From Octopus sinensis (lineage: Eukaryota): 64,000 nucleotides of DNA. The stretch's first letter is position 1. Each line of letters starts with the position of its first letter. Under the pieces are notes generated by a model, which did not search any database, had not been told where the DNA came from, and worked only from the letters and a program-made list of their open reading frames with translations. The position numbers and the translations under genes are program-made. This document shows, piece by piece, positions 13,736 to 30,340 of the stretch. The stretch lies in NCBI RefSeq assembly GCF_006345805.1, contig NW_021832411.1:3111-67110 (forward strand), given 5' to 3'.

Positions 13736-14000
13736 TACCTCAGAAACCATTATTACAAGGGTAGCAGTTTGGCTGAATCATTAGCGCGTCGAACAAAATG
13801 CTTTGTGGTATTACTTCTGGTTCTTTGCATTCTAAGTTCAAATCCTGTCTATGTCAGATTTGCCTTTCATCTCACCGGGGATAAAAGAATCGGTTCAGAA
13901 ACTGAATCAATACTATCGATTAACTTTCTTCCCCAAAATGTTTAGCCTTGTGCTCTTAACACAACAATATAATAGTAGCTCTTCTGAACACCACCACCAT

Positions 14001-14002
<2 letters not shown>

Positions 14003-14070
<68 letters not shown>

Positions 14071-14072
14071 AC
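14003..14072. repeat. compound (ACT)n(GCT)n microsatellite
   Basis: Direct reading of the sequence. Confidence 0.95.
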
Positions 14073-14680
14073 TATATCATAGTAACAGAGAATATCACAG
14101 TGGTAGTTATTGTGGTAATCACTTCATGGTGTGATTTAACCAAGATTTTGGCTGCTATTTCTTCGCTTTGAGGTCTCTTCATTGGTTCGATTGATATCAA
14201 AGAGTTTATTGTCGGTAAAAGAATATTTACATGAAGTAACATAACTGGCTTGACTGGTAGCAGCTGTAAACTAGAAACAGTCAAGGAAGGATATTCTATA
14301 CTAACAGCTTCCTGTTGAAAATTCGAAGTCTTTGTGATTCATTTCGATTACTAAGTCTCTAGTATGTAATGTAGGTGACCTGCGACCTAAGGTTAAATAC
14401 AGAACATTACGAACGTGATTTAAAAGTAAAGATATTTTGGTTCTAAAATTAATATAGTCTTATATCAGATTTTCTTCAAACGGAGATAGATGATTATTGC
14501 TGTATTCAAGTTAGATGCATTTATCATCTTGTGCATGCATAAGTGTGTAACTTCGTGTGCATGTGTCTGTGTTTTTATGTGATGAGTTTCGAGAACCGCT
14601 ATTCCAAATAAGAATTATAACACTTTCTCTTTGGACCAATGGTAAAGCTCCTGTCATGTCTACAGAAGTGGGTTCGAATA

Positions 14681-14913
14681 AGGCGGTGAGCTGGCAGAAA
14701 CGTTAGCAACGCCGGGCGAAATACTTAGCAGTATTTCGTTTGTCTTTACATTCTGAGTTCAAATTCCTCCGAGGTCGACTTTGCCTTTCATCCTTGCGGG
14801 GTCGATTAAATAAGTACCAGTTAAGCACTGGAGCCGATGTAATCGACATAATCCCTTTGTCTGTCCTTGTTTGCCCCGTCTATGTTTAGCCCCTTGCGGG
14901 CAATAAAGAAATA
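14681..14913 (+). mobile_element. SINE family B, full monomer with target-site duplication
   Basis: Head GGCGGTGAGCTGGCAGAAACG to tail AATAAAGAAATA, flanked by AGAAGTGGGTTCGAATA and AGAAGTCGGTTCGTATT. Confidence 0.9.
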
Positions 14914-15237
14914 AGAAGTCGGTTCGTATTCGATATTTTTTGTATCTAAAAATGTTTTACAAGCCAATATTTAAATGCTGTTCTTCATAGCTGTATTTGA
15001 TTGACTTCGAGAACTACTTTTCTCTGACCAATAAAAAATAAATTATTTCACCAACTCTCGAAAGTTTACGACCTTGTTATGACGTCAACAATATGTATAT
15101 ATACACGTATTAAACATCAGTATAGTCATATATTCATACAAAAGTGTGTGTATTTATACAAACATAAACATCTTTAAGTACACATAGTGTATAAAGTTAT
15201 GTGTGTTAATATACAGCTGTATATGCATATGTGTGTG

Positions 15238-15275
<38 letters not shown>

Positions 15276-15312
15276 TATAAATACATACAAGCGTGTATAG
15301 ATAAATAGACAT

Positions 15313-15363
<51 letters not shown>

Positions 15364-15460
15364 TACATGCATATATATACATATAAATTCATACATACAT
15401 CGAAACATATTTACATAGACGCATATGTCTATATATACATATAAATACATGTATATATAT

Positions 15461-15494
<34 letters not shown>

Positions 15495-15751
15495 ATATAT
15501 ATATATATACGTATAAATGCATACATATGTATCTACATATAAATGCACACCTATATATATGTGCACGGATTCAAATATATATATAATATACATAACTTGT
15601 GTATGCATGTATGCATACGTACGTACGTGCAAGCATAAAAACAGTGTCTCCAGTTAGAGATGCTGGTATTCCTTGTTACTATGGTTACAGATAAGGTGGT
15701 AGCTGGTAGATTTAGTGTTCATAGTAGCTAGTATTATTGATATAGTTGTGT

Positions 15752-15955
15752 TAAATAGTAGAGGGCCAGAAATTTTGGTGAAGGAGGTCAATCGATACTA
15801 TTGACTCCGTTACTGGACTGATCCTTTCCTTCCCTGCGAGATGAAAGGCAAAGATGGCGAGGATGAGGTTTGAACTTAAAACGCTGAGCCGGAAGAAATA
15901 CCGCAAAGCACTTTGTCTGATGCTGTAATGATTCCGCCAAGATACTGCTCTTACT
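15752..15955 (-). mobile_element. SINE family B, diverged
   Basis: GATGAAAGGCAAAG..TTTGAACTTAAAACG..GAAATACCGCAAAGCA..GATTCCGCCA. Confidence 0.7.
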
Positions 15956-16574
15956 AATATACATGCATATACATACAAGCAGACATACACACACACACAC
16001 ATACACACACACATACATGCAAGCACACACACACATACATGCAAGCACACACACACATAAATTACACTCATGAATACATACATACACTCATACATACGTA
16101 CATTAATACATACATACACTCATACACATACATACATATATACATACGTACACATACATACACACATACACACGCACATCCAGTCACACACACGTACATA
16201 CATACATACATACATACATACATACATACATCACACACATACATACATACACATACACACGCACGCACGCACACACACACATACATACATAATACATACA
16301 TACATACATACATACATACATACATACATACATACATACATACATACATACATACATACATGAAGGCATAGCAATATTATCTCCTGTTGGATCATTCACA
16401 ATCAAGTGAGGCCAATGGTCGTCGAAATTTTGAAATCATCCTCACCATTTTTCACAGAAAATAAACACTTTCTTTAAGAATAAAGTGTTTCTGCAGTTAA
16501 AGTTTAAATGCTTCTATGCATATTTATATGTCACAAACGTACACACACACATTCACACTCATCGATATATCGTC

Positions 16575-16943
16575 GTGGTACTCCGTCGGTTGCGACGACG
16601 AGGGTTCCAGTTGATCCGATCAACGGAACAACCCGCTCCTGAAATTATCGTGCAAGTGGCTGAGCACTCCACAGACACGTCGTTCTCGGGGAGATTCAGC
16701 GTGACACAGAGTGGGATAACGCTGGCCCTTTGAAATACAGGTACAACAGAAACAGGAAGAAAAAGCGAGAGAAAGTTGTGGTGAAAGAATACAGCAGGGG
16801 TCGCCACCAACCCCTGCCGTAGCTTGGAGGAGCTTTAGGTGTTTTCGCTCAATAGACACTCACAACGCCTAGTCTGGAGATCGAAACCACGATCCTACGA
16901 CCGCGAGTCCGCTGCCTTAACCACTGGAGCCTTGCACCTCCAC
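16575..16943 (-). mobile_element. SINE family C, near full length
   Basis: Reverse complement of the 448-665 family, with tRNA-like head at ~16870-16943 and tail CCCTCGTCGTCG. Confidence 0.85.
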
Positions 16944-16974
16944 ATCAACATATATATATAAAGTATATATACGA

Positions 16975-17388
16975 CGGCGAGCTGGCAGAATCATTAGCAC
17001 GCCGGGCGAAATGCTTGGCGGTATTTCGTCTGCCGTTACGTTCTGAGTTCAAATTCCGCCGAGGCCCACTTTGCCTTTCATCCTTTCGGAGTCGATTAAA
17101 TAAGTACCAGTTAGGCACTGGGGTCGATATAATCAACTTAATCCGTTTGTTTGTCCTTGTTTGTCCTCTCTGTGTTTAGCCCCTTGTGGGTAGTAAAGAA
17201 ATAGGTATTTCGTCTGCCGTTACGTTCTGAGTTCAAATTCCGCCGAGGTCTACTTTACCTTTAGTCCTCTCGGGATCGATTAAATAAGTACTAGTTATGC
17301 ACTGGAGTCGATGTAATCGACTTAATCCGTTTGTCTGTCGTAGTTTGTCCCCTCTATGCCTAGCCTCTTGTGGCCAATAAAGAAATGA
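16975..17388 (+). mobile_element. SINE family B dimer
   Basis: Full monomer, junction AAAGAAATA|GGTATTTCGTCTG, then a second head-truncated monomer. Confidence 0.9.
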
Positions 17389-19159
17389 ATATGCGTACAT
17401 TGTAGTCTTTATGCAGTGATTAATAAAACAAAGGCATCAACGCGAGTTTCATGCTGGAACGTTGTTGGTTGTGTATTATATAAGCATAACCGTTATCGCA
17501 GCGCCTACAGCTTACTTTCTGCAATAAACTATATTAAACTCTTTTATCGGTATACAAACATGATACGTACATGCATACATATATATTTTTTACACACGTG
17601 CACACACACACACACACCACACACACACACAAGATTTTCAGCGCATCGTATCACCAAATTCGACGTTCGATGTTCGTTTTCTAGTAAGCGTTGATAGAAA
17701 AGATGTTAAAATAAACTGCAGTGACCAAACAAAATTGAAGTTGCATAACCCACACAAATATGCGTGTGTGTATATATATGCAGGTGTGTGTATGCAAATG
17801 TGTGCGTATGTGTGTGTGTGCGTGCACGCGTTTATTATTAATATATATATAATATGTTAACCGCTGAATATTTCTGCTATTCGTTTCAAATGTTATGCTC
17901 TGTCGCTATAATGGCGATTGAGGATTTATTTAGCTTTATAAATTACATACAAGTCTGTAAGTGTAAGCACATGTGTGTGTGTGTGTGTATACATACATAC
18001 ATACACACATACATACATACATACATACATACATACATACATACATACATACATACATACATACATACATACATACATACATGTATATACATATACACAT
18101 ATGAATGTATGTGTATATATGTATATGTGTACATGTAATTATATCTATGTGTACAAAGAAAGAAATGAAAGAAAGACCATTTCTTTGTTTATTTAATTCG
18201 TTCTTGTCCCCTTGTCCCGCCCCATCTCACCTCCCATCATCATTCAATTTTTTCGATTGCCGACTCAATATTATTGCGAACGTCTTCAATCGTATTCATG
18301 TTATTGGACTCACTTACATAATAAATACACACACATAGTGATAAATATATGTGTGTATCTATGTGTGTGTGTTTGTGTATGTGTGTATACACATGCATAT
18401 TTACACACGCCAAAGTCGGCTGGGAGAAGAAAAAGAGTAATATAATAAAATTTACCAATAGTGAAATACCAAATGCTTAAAGAAGCAGAGTCTGATACCA
18501 ATAAAACTATGAGGTTGTCCTTTGTAAATCCTCTCAACTACAAAACGGTTGCTATTGCAATATAATTGAAATGGAGAGCTTTAATATAGCCATGAAAAAC
18601 ATCAGAAACCTGTAGTTTTAATAATACTTTTATCAGTCATGTATTGCCGATAATATAAAAAGAGGTATCTTAAAATAAGACGCTGCTTCTTGGAGTTAAA
18701 TAAGATAATGATTGCTAAAGCAGGTAAACTAGAGAGGAAAGCATAGTCATAAATGGATGGTTTTTAGTAGAAAGCATGGTTTGAACCAGAAAAGAACTGC
18801 TAGGCTGCACTTGTTCTGAGTTCAAACCCAGCTGGTCACCTTTGCCTTTCGTTGTTTTCTGGGGGTCGACAAAATATGGTAACGGTTGGATTGATTACAT
18901 CGACTATTCCCTTCTCTTCAAATCTGTTAGCCTTATGCCCAGATCAGAAACCATCCTCATCATTATCATCATCATTTTACAAAATACTTAAAGTGGTACC
19001 TTGCAGCATTTCTTCTGGTTCTTTACGTCCTGAGTTCAAATCCCGCTCAGATCAACTTTGCCTTTCATCCCTCAGCGAAGCACCGGTGTCAATGGTATCG
19101 ATTAATCCACCCCCGTCAATAATTGTTGACTTTGTGCTTAAATCAGAAGCCTTAATTTA

Positions 19160-20470
19160 ACAACCCTCTTCAGATCCACCAGATCATATCTGGAATTGTT
19201 ATCCGGTGAGGCAGTATATAGAGACAGCGTAGGTTTTCCGCTGTTTAAAGTCATCGTCTACACAGACGACACGAATGAAACCGTTAAAATTTATTTAAAA
19301 AAAAAGAATAATAATACCAGATTGACAAATTGGTCAAGCTGTCGTTGACGAGGGCACTTGGCAATAACAAATGGTTTGCCTTGGGAAGGCCGATCAGAGT
19401 AGAATCAATAAGGTTTAGTAAAGAAGTATCGATAGAGAAGCCGACAACAGAGGAAGGCCTAGATACAAACTTGGAAGAGGCGCTTGAGAAGAATATCGCA
19501 CCGACATGCTTGCAGAGATATTGGTCCTTAAGCAATTCTTTAATGCGAAGCACAAAGCTGCGTTGTCAGACAGAAGTAAGGCACGTGCTCTGAGACACGA
19601 AGGAACGAAAACCGTTCAATGGGTTCGAGTGCCGAGTGACAAAGTTACAGCGTGACAACGAATCCACAATTCAGTATTTGGCAGAGCAAGATGAGTGCGT
19701 GTTAGTTAATCTCATACTGGTGTTTGCGGCTTTTCAGCAGCACTTTGCCTAACTGTTTGGGACGACTGGCGTACCGGATCGAGGATGGACTTCAATGCCT
19801 ACATCAACGGCCTACTATAACTCTCGACAAGGAATGCGAAGTGGGGTGAAAAGTCGACAACAATCTCAGAAATAAGGGAAACGATGGCTGGCTGCCCGGT
19901 GGGGGTGGGGTGAAATCGCTTTCTTTGAATAATCTACCCATGAGCTTTATATTTATATGCCGGACTTGTTTGGTGACTTTTTGGCAGTTGGTAGCAGAAT
20001 AAGAAAACTGTGATTCGAGAAACGTTTGTTGTTTTTGAGAAATGACCGAAATAAAGGGATTACATGGATAAGTTTCAGCCCGTAACACGAAAATTTCAAG
20101 GTTTTGATCATAGTGAAGAAGTTTTCGGTCCTTACCATCAGTAGTCTAATCGATGATGTGCAAACATGCTCCATCCCAAACAAATCAATCTCCGGCAGCC
20201 TCCACCTCATGCGATACATCATAGAGAGGATGAGTAAGGAACTTCGTATAAGTTGTGTTATGCTTAGCTGTGATCAACTGAAAGCTTTTTATAAGGTCAA
20301 CCGTCAATACTTGACGACTGTCCTCATAGCAACCGTTTTCGATTCTGTCTTCAGGGACTGTATCGTCGAAATATGCGCAATATACAGACATCTGCGCGGT
20401 GATTTAGATGAATGGTTACGTTTAGGAATCCTTCAGTATCATGTGCAGAGTCCGTTGTACTCACTACTCA
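19160..20470 (+). mobile_element. L1/Tx1-clade LINE ORF2 remnant, heavily decayed
   Basis: ORF 20104-20475 LIDDVQTCSIPNKSISGSLHLMRYIIE..CDQLKAFYKVNRQYL matches the RT motif Q.C.IP.R.I..N...R........LDQ.KAFD.V of L1/Tx1 elements; upstream GATAAGTTTCAGCCCGTAACAC corresponds to the 'FRPITL' motif. Confidence 0.75.
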
Positions 20471-20595
20471 TCTAACATGTTCCGCTATCATACATTTGAT
20501 GGGAGAAATAAATCATTTTCCATAAATACAATACAGATTGCTAATCTTCGCCTGGATTCGAAATTTCGCCCTAGGATTTACATAAAACAAACGTC

Positions 20596-20998
20596 AGCGC
20601 ATGCGTGGCTGTGCGGTAAGAAGCTTGCTTCCCAACCACATGGTTCCAGATTCAGGTCCACCGCGTAGCACCTTCAGCAAGTGTCTTTTACTATAGCCAT
20701 AGGCCGACCAAATCCTTGTAAGTGGATTTGGTAGACGGAAACTGAAAGAAAGCCGTCGTGTGTGTGTGTGTGTGTGTGTGTGTGTTTCTTCCCTACTACT
20801 GCTTGGCAACCGGTACCGGTGTTGAAGTGTTTACGTCCCTGTAACTTAGCAGTTTGACAAAAGGACTCCGATAGAATTAGCACTGGGCATTTCAAAACAA
20901 TAAGTTTTGGTGCTGATTCGTTCAACACAAAATTCTTTGAGGCGGTGCCCCAGCATGGCCGCAGGCTAATGACTCGAACAAGTAAAAGATAAAAGATA
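20596..20998 (+). mobile_element. SINE family A
   Basis: TGGCTGTGCGGTAAGAAGCTTGCTTCCCAACCAC..GGATTTGGTAGACGGAAACTGAAAG..CAGCATGGCCGCAG. Confidence 0.9.
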
Positions 20999-21379
20999 AT
21001 TTTCTTTCTACCACCAAAAGCAAATGAACAGAAAAAGTAGATTATTCTCCCACATGGGAGGCATTGGCAGAGAGAGGAAAGAAACCTACATGTGTTACAC
21101 ATTTTCCTTTGCTGTTTAACGAAATATTTGTTAGCTATTAGGGTGGTTTTTCATCTTATAGTGGTGAGTTGTGAAAACATGGGAGTCACTACGTGGTCTC
21201 AAGATCTGTTAAAAATAACAATCCAGTCTCTTTTCATTCACGATTTACTTTCTATAAGAATGGAAGAATACAGTGGAACATGTAGTTATAAATGTACAAA
21301 AATAAACAGAAGTGATTGCAGTTGAAATGCAGTTTATCATAGGCGAGCTCAGTTATGGCTAATCTATGGATAATAAATA

Positions 21380-21596
21380 TTGGTTTCAAATTTTGCCACA
21401 AGGCCAGCAAGTTTGATGGGGGAGTTAAGTCGATGACATCGACCCCCGGTGATCAACTGGTACTTATTTTATCGACCCCGAAAGGATGAGATGCAAAGTC
21501 AACCTCGACGGAATTTGAACTCAGAACATAAAGACGGATGAAAAGCCACTAAGCATTTTGCCCAGCGTGCTAACGGTTCTGCCAGTTGGCTGCCTT
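21380..21596 (-). mobile_element. SINE family B
   Basis: CTGGTACTTATTTTATCGACCCCGAAAGGATGA..GGAATTTGAACTCAGAAC..TCTGCCAG. Confidence 0.85.
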
Positions 21597-22418
21597 AAAT
21601 GGATAATAAATATTAACACCAACACAAGCATATTCATAGCTAGGCAGATTAGGCCGTCGAGGAAACGGCAAGACAAGAGACGAACCACCACTCGTCTTTT
21701 TATTTTGAACCCTATTTAAGGAGCCATCTGCTACTGTCTTTAGTTCGACAATAACATATTTCAAACATAGATTATTTGCACCTGTTCACTAAGAAGTATG
21801 CTTTAAATATAAATAAGGAATCTGAGAATACACAGAGAAAAAGAAATCGATTGAAAATACCTGGAAGCTTAACATTAACATTCTCTTTTGTTTATGTTTG
21901 TTTTTTCTTTTGTTTATTTGTTGTTGTTGTTGTTGTTGTTGCTGTTTGCTTCTTTTTTTAGCTTATTATATAATAATTTTATTTGCTTGTATTTTTTGTA
22001 TTTGGTTACATTTCATATTTATTTATTTATTTCGTTCTATGTTTTTAGGAAAACACAATTCTTAAGGAATTTTTTTCTAAAAGGATGTGTGTGTATGTGA
22101 GAGAGAGAGAGAGAAAGGGAGAGCAGAGCATGTGTGCATGTACGTGCGTGAGAGAGAGAGAGAGAGAGAATGTGTGTGTGTGTTGTGTGTGTGTGTGTGT
22201 GTGTGCGCGCGTGCGCGCGCGTGTGTGTGTACAGTTATATTGACTTATATGTATGTAGATAGATATTTTCATATTTTGCTTAGGCATAGTAATACTAATA
22301 AGCTGATGTTAGGTCTCAATATGCAAATGCTTGAGAAAAAAGCATTAGTCGAGCAGAGAGCGTAATAAGGAGTAATATAAATGACAAGGGAACAAGAAAT
22401 TATGTAATGAATTTCATT

Positions 22419-22499
22419 AGCTTACAGCTGTTTCTGCTAAAAGATGCACTGCACTTATAAATGAGTGTTCGTGTATCACCTTATAGCTTCGTCAGAGCT
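22419..22499 (-). ncRNA. type I hammerhead ribozyme motif
   Basis: Minus strand: agct-CTGACGA-A-GCTATAAGGTG..CATCTTTTAGC-A-GAAA-CAGCTG-TA-agct; helix I agct/agct; long helix II; palindromic helix III ACAGCTGT; GUA triplet. Confidence 0.7.
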
Positions 22500-23063
22500 T
22501 CAAAAAAAGTGTTATTGAATTTAGGAAAGCATTTCTACGGAAAGCACCACCGTCGAAAAAGTATATGAAAATAAATGCGAAATGAAGTATAGAATTTGAC
22601 GGGCAAAAGTTACTCCCAGCAATATGTAGACTTAGATATTTTTCTACATATATGTGTATACAGGTAGGCATATGATGAACCCTTATATAAATAACTATTT
22701 ATACGCATATACAAAATATAGACAGAATATGCATAGTAATACAGGATTGACCTTAAAATACCCAGACATATGACTGTGCGTGTGTGAGTATAAATATGTG
22801 TGCGTTAGCGTATCAGAATCGACACAATTAGGAGGAAAGAAATTTGACGTCAGCAGTAAAGAAAGCCGGAACAAATACCGCATGCTATTTTGGAAAAAAC
22901 ACGAACGATTTTACCAATTCTATGGCTTCAGTCTTTTAGTATATCTTGATATAATCTATAATATTTCTATATGTTGTAATAGCGTCAATTCTGTTTTACT
23001 GATTATTACAGTCTGCAGAGCCTTTTTGCATTATATATCTGCTATGTATGTACTATGTATGTA

Positions 23064-23375
23064 CATCTTCTCTTCGACTTACGACCTATGCGACTTACGA
23101 CCATCTGCACTTAGGGAAATAAATATATAGATAAATAAAAAATCAATTTTTGGACATTGGGCAGCTGCGCGTACGATAACTATGGCAGCATCTGGCAACG
23201 CAGGTCTCCCTCAGACCCAGGCATCCACTGCCTGCCATTGTCTCCCACTCAATCACTTTCAAGCATCAGTTGCGTTTGAATGGAAATTGTGTTGAAAATT
23301 ATTAATCCGACATTCGACCAGATCGACTTACGACCTGTCAGTCGGAACGGAACTCGGTCGTAAGCCAAGGAGGTG
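23064..23375. mobile_element. MITE, Tigger/pogo-like
   Basis: TA|CATCTTCTCTTCGACTTACGACC ... GGTCGTAAGCCAAGGAGGTG|TA, with internal repeats of CGACTTACGACC. Confidence 0.75.
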
Positions 23376-23389
23376 TATTGTATATGTAA

Positions 23390-23690
23390 TGCGAAGGTGC
23401 GTGGCTTATTGGTTAAGGTATTTGGCTCACGATCGTAAAGTCGTGTTAAGGTCGTGTGTTCGATACTCAGTCACACGTTGTGTCCTTGAGCAAGACACTT
23501 TATTTCATGTTGTTCCAGTCCGCTCATCTGGCAAAAATGAGTTGTACCTGTATTTAAAAGGGCCAGCCTTGTCACATTGTGTATCACGCTGAATCTCCCT
23601 GAGAACTACGTTAAGAATACATGAGCCTGTGGAGTACTCAGCCACTTGCACTAGAACCCTCGTCGCCATGATCGACGAAATTTCAGTTTT
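23390..23690 (+). mobile_element. tRNA-derived SINE with V-like domain; tail shared with family C
   Basis: GTGGCTTATTGGTTAAGG A box, GTTCGATAC B box, TGTCCTTGAGCAAGACACTTTA, then GTACCTGTATTT.AAAGGGCCAGC as in family C. Confidence 0.7.
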
Positions 23691-24642
23691 ATATATACAA
23701 TAACTAAGTTATATATTATACACTTCATTGTGATTTGTTGTTTGTGACCCCACCGGTCCGATGAAATACTGTCTTGCATGAAACCGCTCCGTGGAATAAA
23801 AAGATCAGAAACCGTTGGTTTGTTGTAGCTCTACGTATTATACTATTATCCACGGGCTCTACTATTATCTATGGGCTCCCCCTGATGAGTACTAAAATGT
23901 CTATAGCATCACTATATGTTACATTATTACCTATAGTATCGTTATACATCAAATGGTGTCTTTTGTACCTGACTATGTTATACTATTGGCGATAGTTTCT
24001 CAGTTCCTAATACTATTCTCTAGTAATAGAGAACAGAACACAGAAACACTATAGAAAACAATACAACACATGGAACCTTTGTTTTCGTGCCTATTGTTTC
24101 CATTTACCGATATTCTATGTTTCTGTTTCAAACATAATAGAGTGAATTTTAAAGGTGGGCACAAGGCCATAAGAGAGGCGCACAATCTATAAATTTGTTT
24201 TCTACAGAAAAAAAAGCGAGAAATAAAAGGGGAATATGTAAAAATAAATGAAATAATGATTTTTTATGCCATTGCTATACATTCTCAGAAAAGGTGATGT
24301 AGAGAAGTTAACGACATCAGGTTTTTTTAACCTGTTATTTTGTTTTATCGACCCAGGAAAAAGATCGACATTTACGCGGCCAAAGCGGAAGTGAAACACA
24401 GATTGGTTTGCTTCGCTATTCTTTGAGTTCATTCGTCCAACAAGACTAATGTTCACGAATGAATAGAATTTGTTTAAAAACCTAATATTTTGAAGGTTCT
24501 AGTTCTTGAATCTATAGGGAAAGAAACATTGATCTAAGGACGAGTTGTGTTCGTGGACAAAACACTTAGCTCTAAACGGCCGGTTTCACCTAGATTTGAA
24601 TTAGGGTAATTCACAGATGTAAGCATTGTGGAAATAAATGAA

Positions 24643-27487
<2,845 letters not shown>

Positions 27488-27751
27488 CCGTCATCGCTTG
27501 ACAACCGATGCTGACGTGTTTATGTTTCCGTGACATAGCGGTATGTCAACAGTGGTCGATAAAATAAGTACTAGGCTTACAAAGAATAGGTAATGGGGTT
27601 GATTTGTTCGACTAAAACCTGTGAGTGAGTTAATAATTTGCTGCTTCGGTGGTCCAGTAGCCATGGGTGTTGAGAAGAAGTAATACAACACATAGGTGGG
27701 GGTTTCAAATCTCTTCCAGAAATTACAAGAGATCTAGTTAAAAATTTTATA

Positions 27752-28133
27752 GGTGCTGATGTTGCTGAGTGGTAAGTAGCTTGCTTACCAACCACATGGT
27801 TCTGGTTTCAGTCCCACTGCGTGGCACCTTGGGCAAGCGTTTTCTACTATAGACTCGGGCCGACCAAAGCCTCGTGAGTGGATTTGGTAGACGGAAACTG
27901 AAAGAAGCCTGTCGCATGTATATATATGTGTGTGTGTGTGTGTGTATTTGTCCCCCTCCATCGCTTGACAACCGATGCTGGTGTGTCCTCGTAACTTAGC
28001 GGTTCGGCAAAAGAGACTGATAGAACAAGTACTAGGCTTACAAAGAATAAGTCCTGTGGTCGATTTGCTCGACTAAGGGCAGTACTCCAGCATGGCCGCT
28101 ACCAAATAACTGGAAGTGATAAAAGAATAACAG
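27752..28133 (+). mobile_element. SINE family A, full length (fragments also at ~27480-27620 + and ~28402-28620 -)
   Basis: Matches the family from head to tail. Confidence 0.9.
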
Positions 28134-28140
28134 AATATAT

Positions 28141-28347
28141 ACAGTTCTATACTTAAGAGATGAGGAATTATGTTCATTATTTACATTATTTACAATTGAT
28201 GGATATTTGTCCTCATCTTGTTTGCAGTTAACACAATGTTTTGGCTGATATACCCTCCAGCCTTCATCAGGTGTCTTGGGGAAACGTTAACAACAAACAA
28301 GGTGAGGACAAATATCCGTCAAATATAATAACGTAAATAATGTAACA

Positions 28348-28350
<3 letters not shown>
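28141..28350. mobile_element. non-autonomous Penelope-like fragment with inverted arms and a mutated minimal hammerhead
   Basis: TTACATTATTTAC..GGATATTTGTCCTCATCTTGTTTG..GTTAAC is inverted at 28285-28347. Minus-strand core gacac-CTGATGA-AGGCTG..CAGCC-AAAA has GAAA mutated. Same family as 41973-42192. Confidence 0.65.
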
Positions 28351-28404
<54 letters not shown>

Positions 28405-28650
28405 CTCTCTTTTATTCTTTTACTTGTTTCAGTCATTTGACTGTCGTCGTGCTGGAGCACCGCCTTAACAGGTTTTAGTCGAAAAATCAACCCCAAGACT
28501 TGTTCTTTGTAAGCCTAGGACTTATTTTATTGATCGCTTTTGACAAACCTCTATGTTACGGGGACATAAACACTTCAGCATCGGTTGTCAAGCGATGACG
28601 AGGCACAGACACAGACACACATACACACACATAAATATATACATATGTAC

Positions 28651-28688
<38 letters not shown>

Positions 28689-28693
28689 ATACT

Positions 28694-28743
<50 letters not shown>

Positions 28744-29578
28744 CACAGAGAGAGAGGGTGAGGGAGAAAGAAGTAGATAGATCTACAAACATACATCATA
28801 CACACACGAATATACAGACATTTACACACGTACAGAAACACACATACACAGACATGTATACACACATACGCACACGCACACACTATTTAGAGAAAAAATA
28901 ACATTCGGTCTGGGACATTTCCGCTCCCTCTCTTTCTCCCTTCCTGTCTCTCTCCTCCTCTCTCTCTCTCTCTCTCTCTTTCTGCACGTATCAATCTATC
29001 TCTCACCTACATACATGCATGTACTTTCACAAGGACACACACACTCATATACATACATACACATAATCATACACACATACACACACACACATACACACAC
29101 ACATCTACAGAAAGATAAAATAACATGTCACATTCCCCACCGCCACCATCATTGCCATCACCACCACCACCACCGCCATCGCCACGACCCCCCCCCACTC
29201 ACCTTTACTCCATCTACATTGTTTTGTTTTCTGCTCCCACCCCCCTTCTTTCTTCCCCACGAACTTAATTCAGATATCGCAACGACGACGAAGAGGAACA
29301 AAACTATAGTTTGCGTTTATGACCTCTCACCTTTGACACGCGATGTCAGTATGGCCCGCTTGTCAGGTAGAAAGGAACTGGAAATAGAAACAATAAGAGA
29401 CAAACGATACCAGCTGAGTGTTTCAGTCGGTTTCTCTCAGACCATCTCCCAACCAACACCATCCATCCAACATGTCATTATTGTTTCATTGAAAATGTTG
29501 AGGAACGCATCAACACACATCTCTTGGCCAATGTTATTGCCAACAGTTCTGAGCATTATTAACCTGACAAGTAAATTA

Positions 29579-29935
29579 CAGTAGAACCTCAGAGTACGAG
29601 TGCCCCATTGTACGAGTAGTTTGCTGTACGAGACTCGTGCGAGCTTTTGTCTTGAACTACAAGCAGAAATTCGCAGCATGAGCACACAAATTGTCCTATC
29701 TTTAAGGTAATTTCTCTTTTTTATAATTGTCATTTTACTTGTAACTCCACCTTTTCTGTTTCAAAACTCATAAAAACTATTTTTGAGTGTTTTTTGGTGG
29801 GGGCGGGCTGGAACGGATTAATTATATTAATATAATATAATTATATTATTGAAGAAAGCTGATTTGTAAAACGAGTAAATCGTAAGAAGAGTTCGGTCAT
29901 GCAGCGAATTAAACTCGTACTGGGAGGTATCACTG
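29579..29935. mobile_element. MITE, Tigger/pogo-like
   Basis: TA|CAGTAGAACCTCAGAGTACGAGT ... ACTCGTACTGGGAGGTATCACTG|TA. Confidence 0.8.
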
Positions 29936-29979
29936 TATATGTATTAAAACGAAATTAACGAAAGTAAATATGCATATAA

Positions 29980-30340
29980 GGCAGCGAGCTGGCAGGAACG
30001 TTAGTACGCCGGGCGAAATACGTAGCCGTATTTCGTCTGCCGTTACGTTCTGAGTTCAAATTCCGCCGAGGTCGACTTTGCCTTTCATACTTTCGGGGTC
30101 GATAAAGTTGCGCACTGAGGTCGATGTAATCGACTTAATCCGTTTGTCTCCTCTGTAGGCAGTAAAGAAATGGGTATTTCGTGTGTCTTTACGTTCTGAG
30201 TTCAAATTCCGCCGAGGTCGACTTTGCCGTTCATCTTTTCAGGGTCGATAAATTAGGTACCAGTTACGTACTGAGGTCGATGTAATTGACTTGCCTTCAC
30301 CCCACAAACATTCATACCTTGTGCCTAGAGTAGGAAAGGA
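29980..30340 (+). mobile_element. SINE family B dimer
   Basis: Two GTTCAAATTCCGCCGAGGTCGACTTTGCC blocks joined at AAAGAAAT.GGTATTTC. Confidence 0.9.

Noticed and set aside
29015-29584. 189-aa ORF with poly-His
   Set aside because: Built from (CA)n and (CAC)n repeats, ends at a MITE, and has no recognisable domain.
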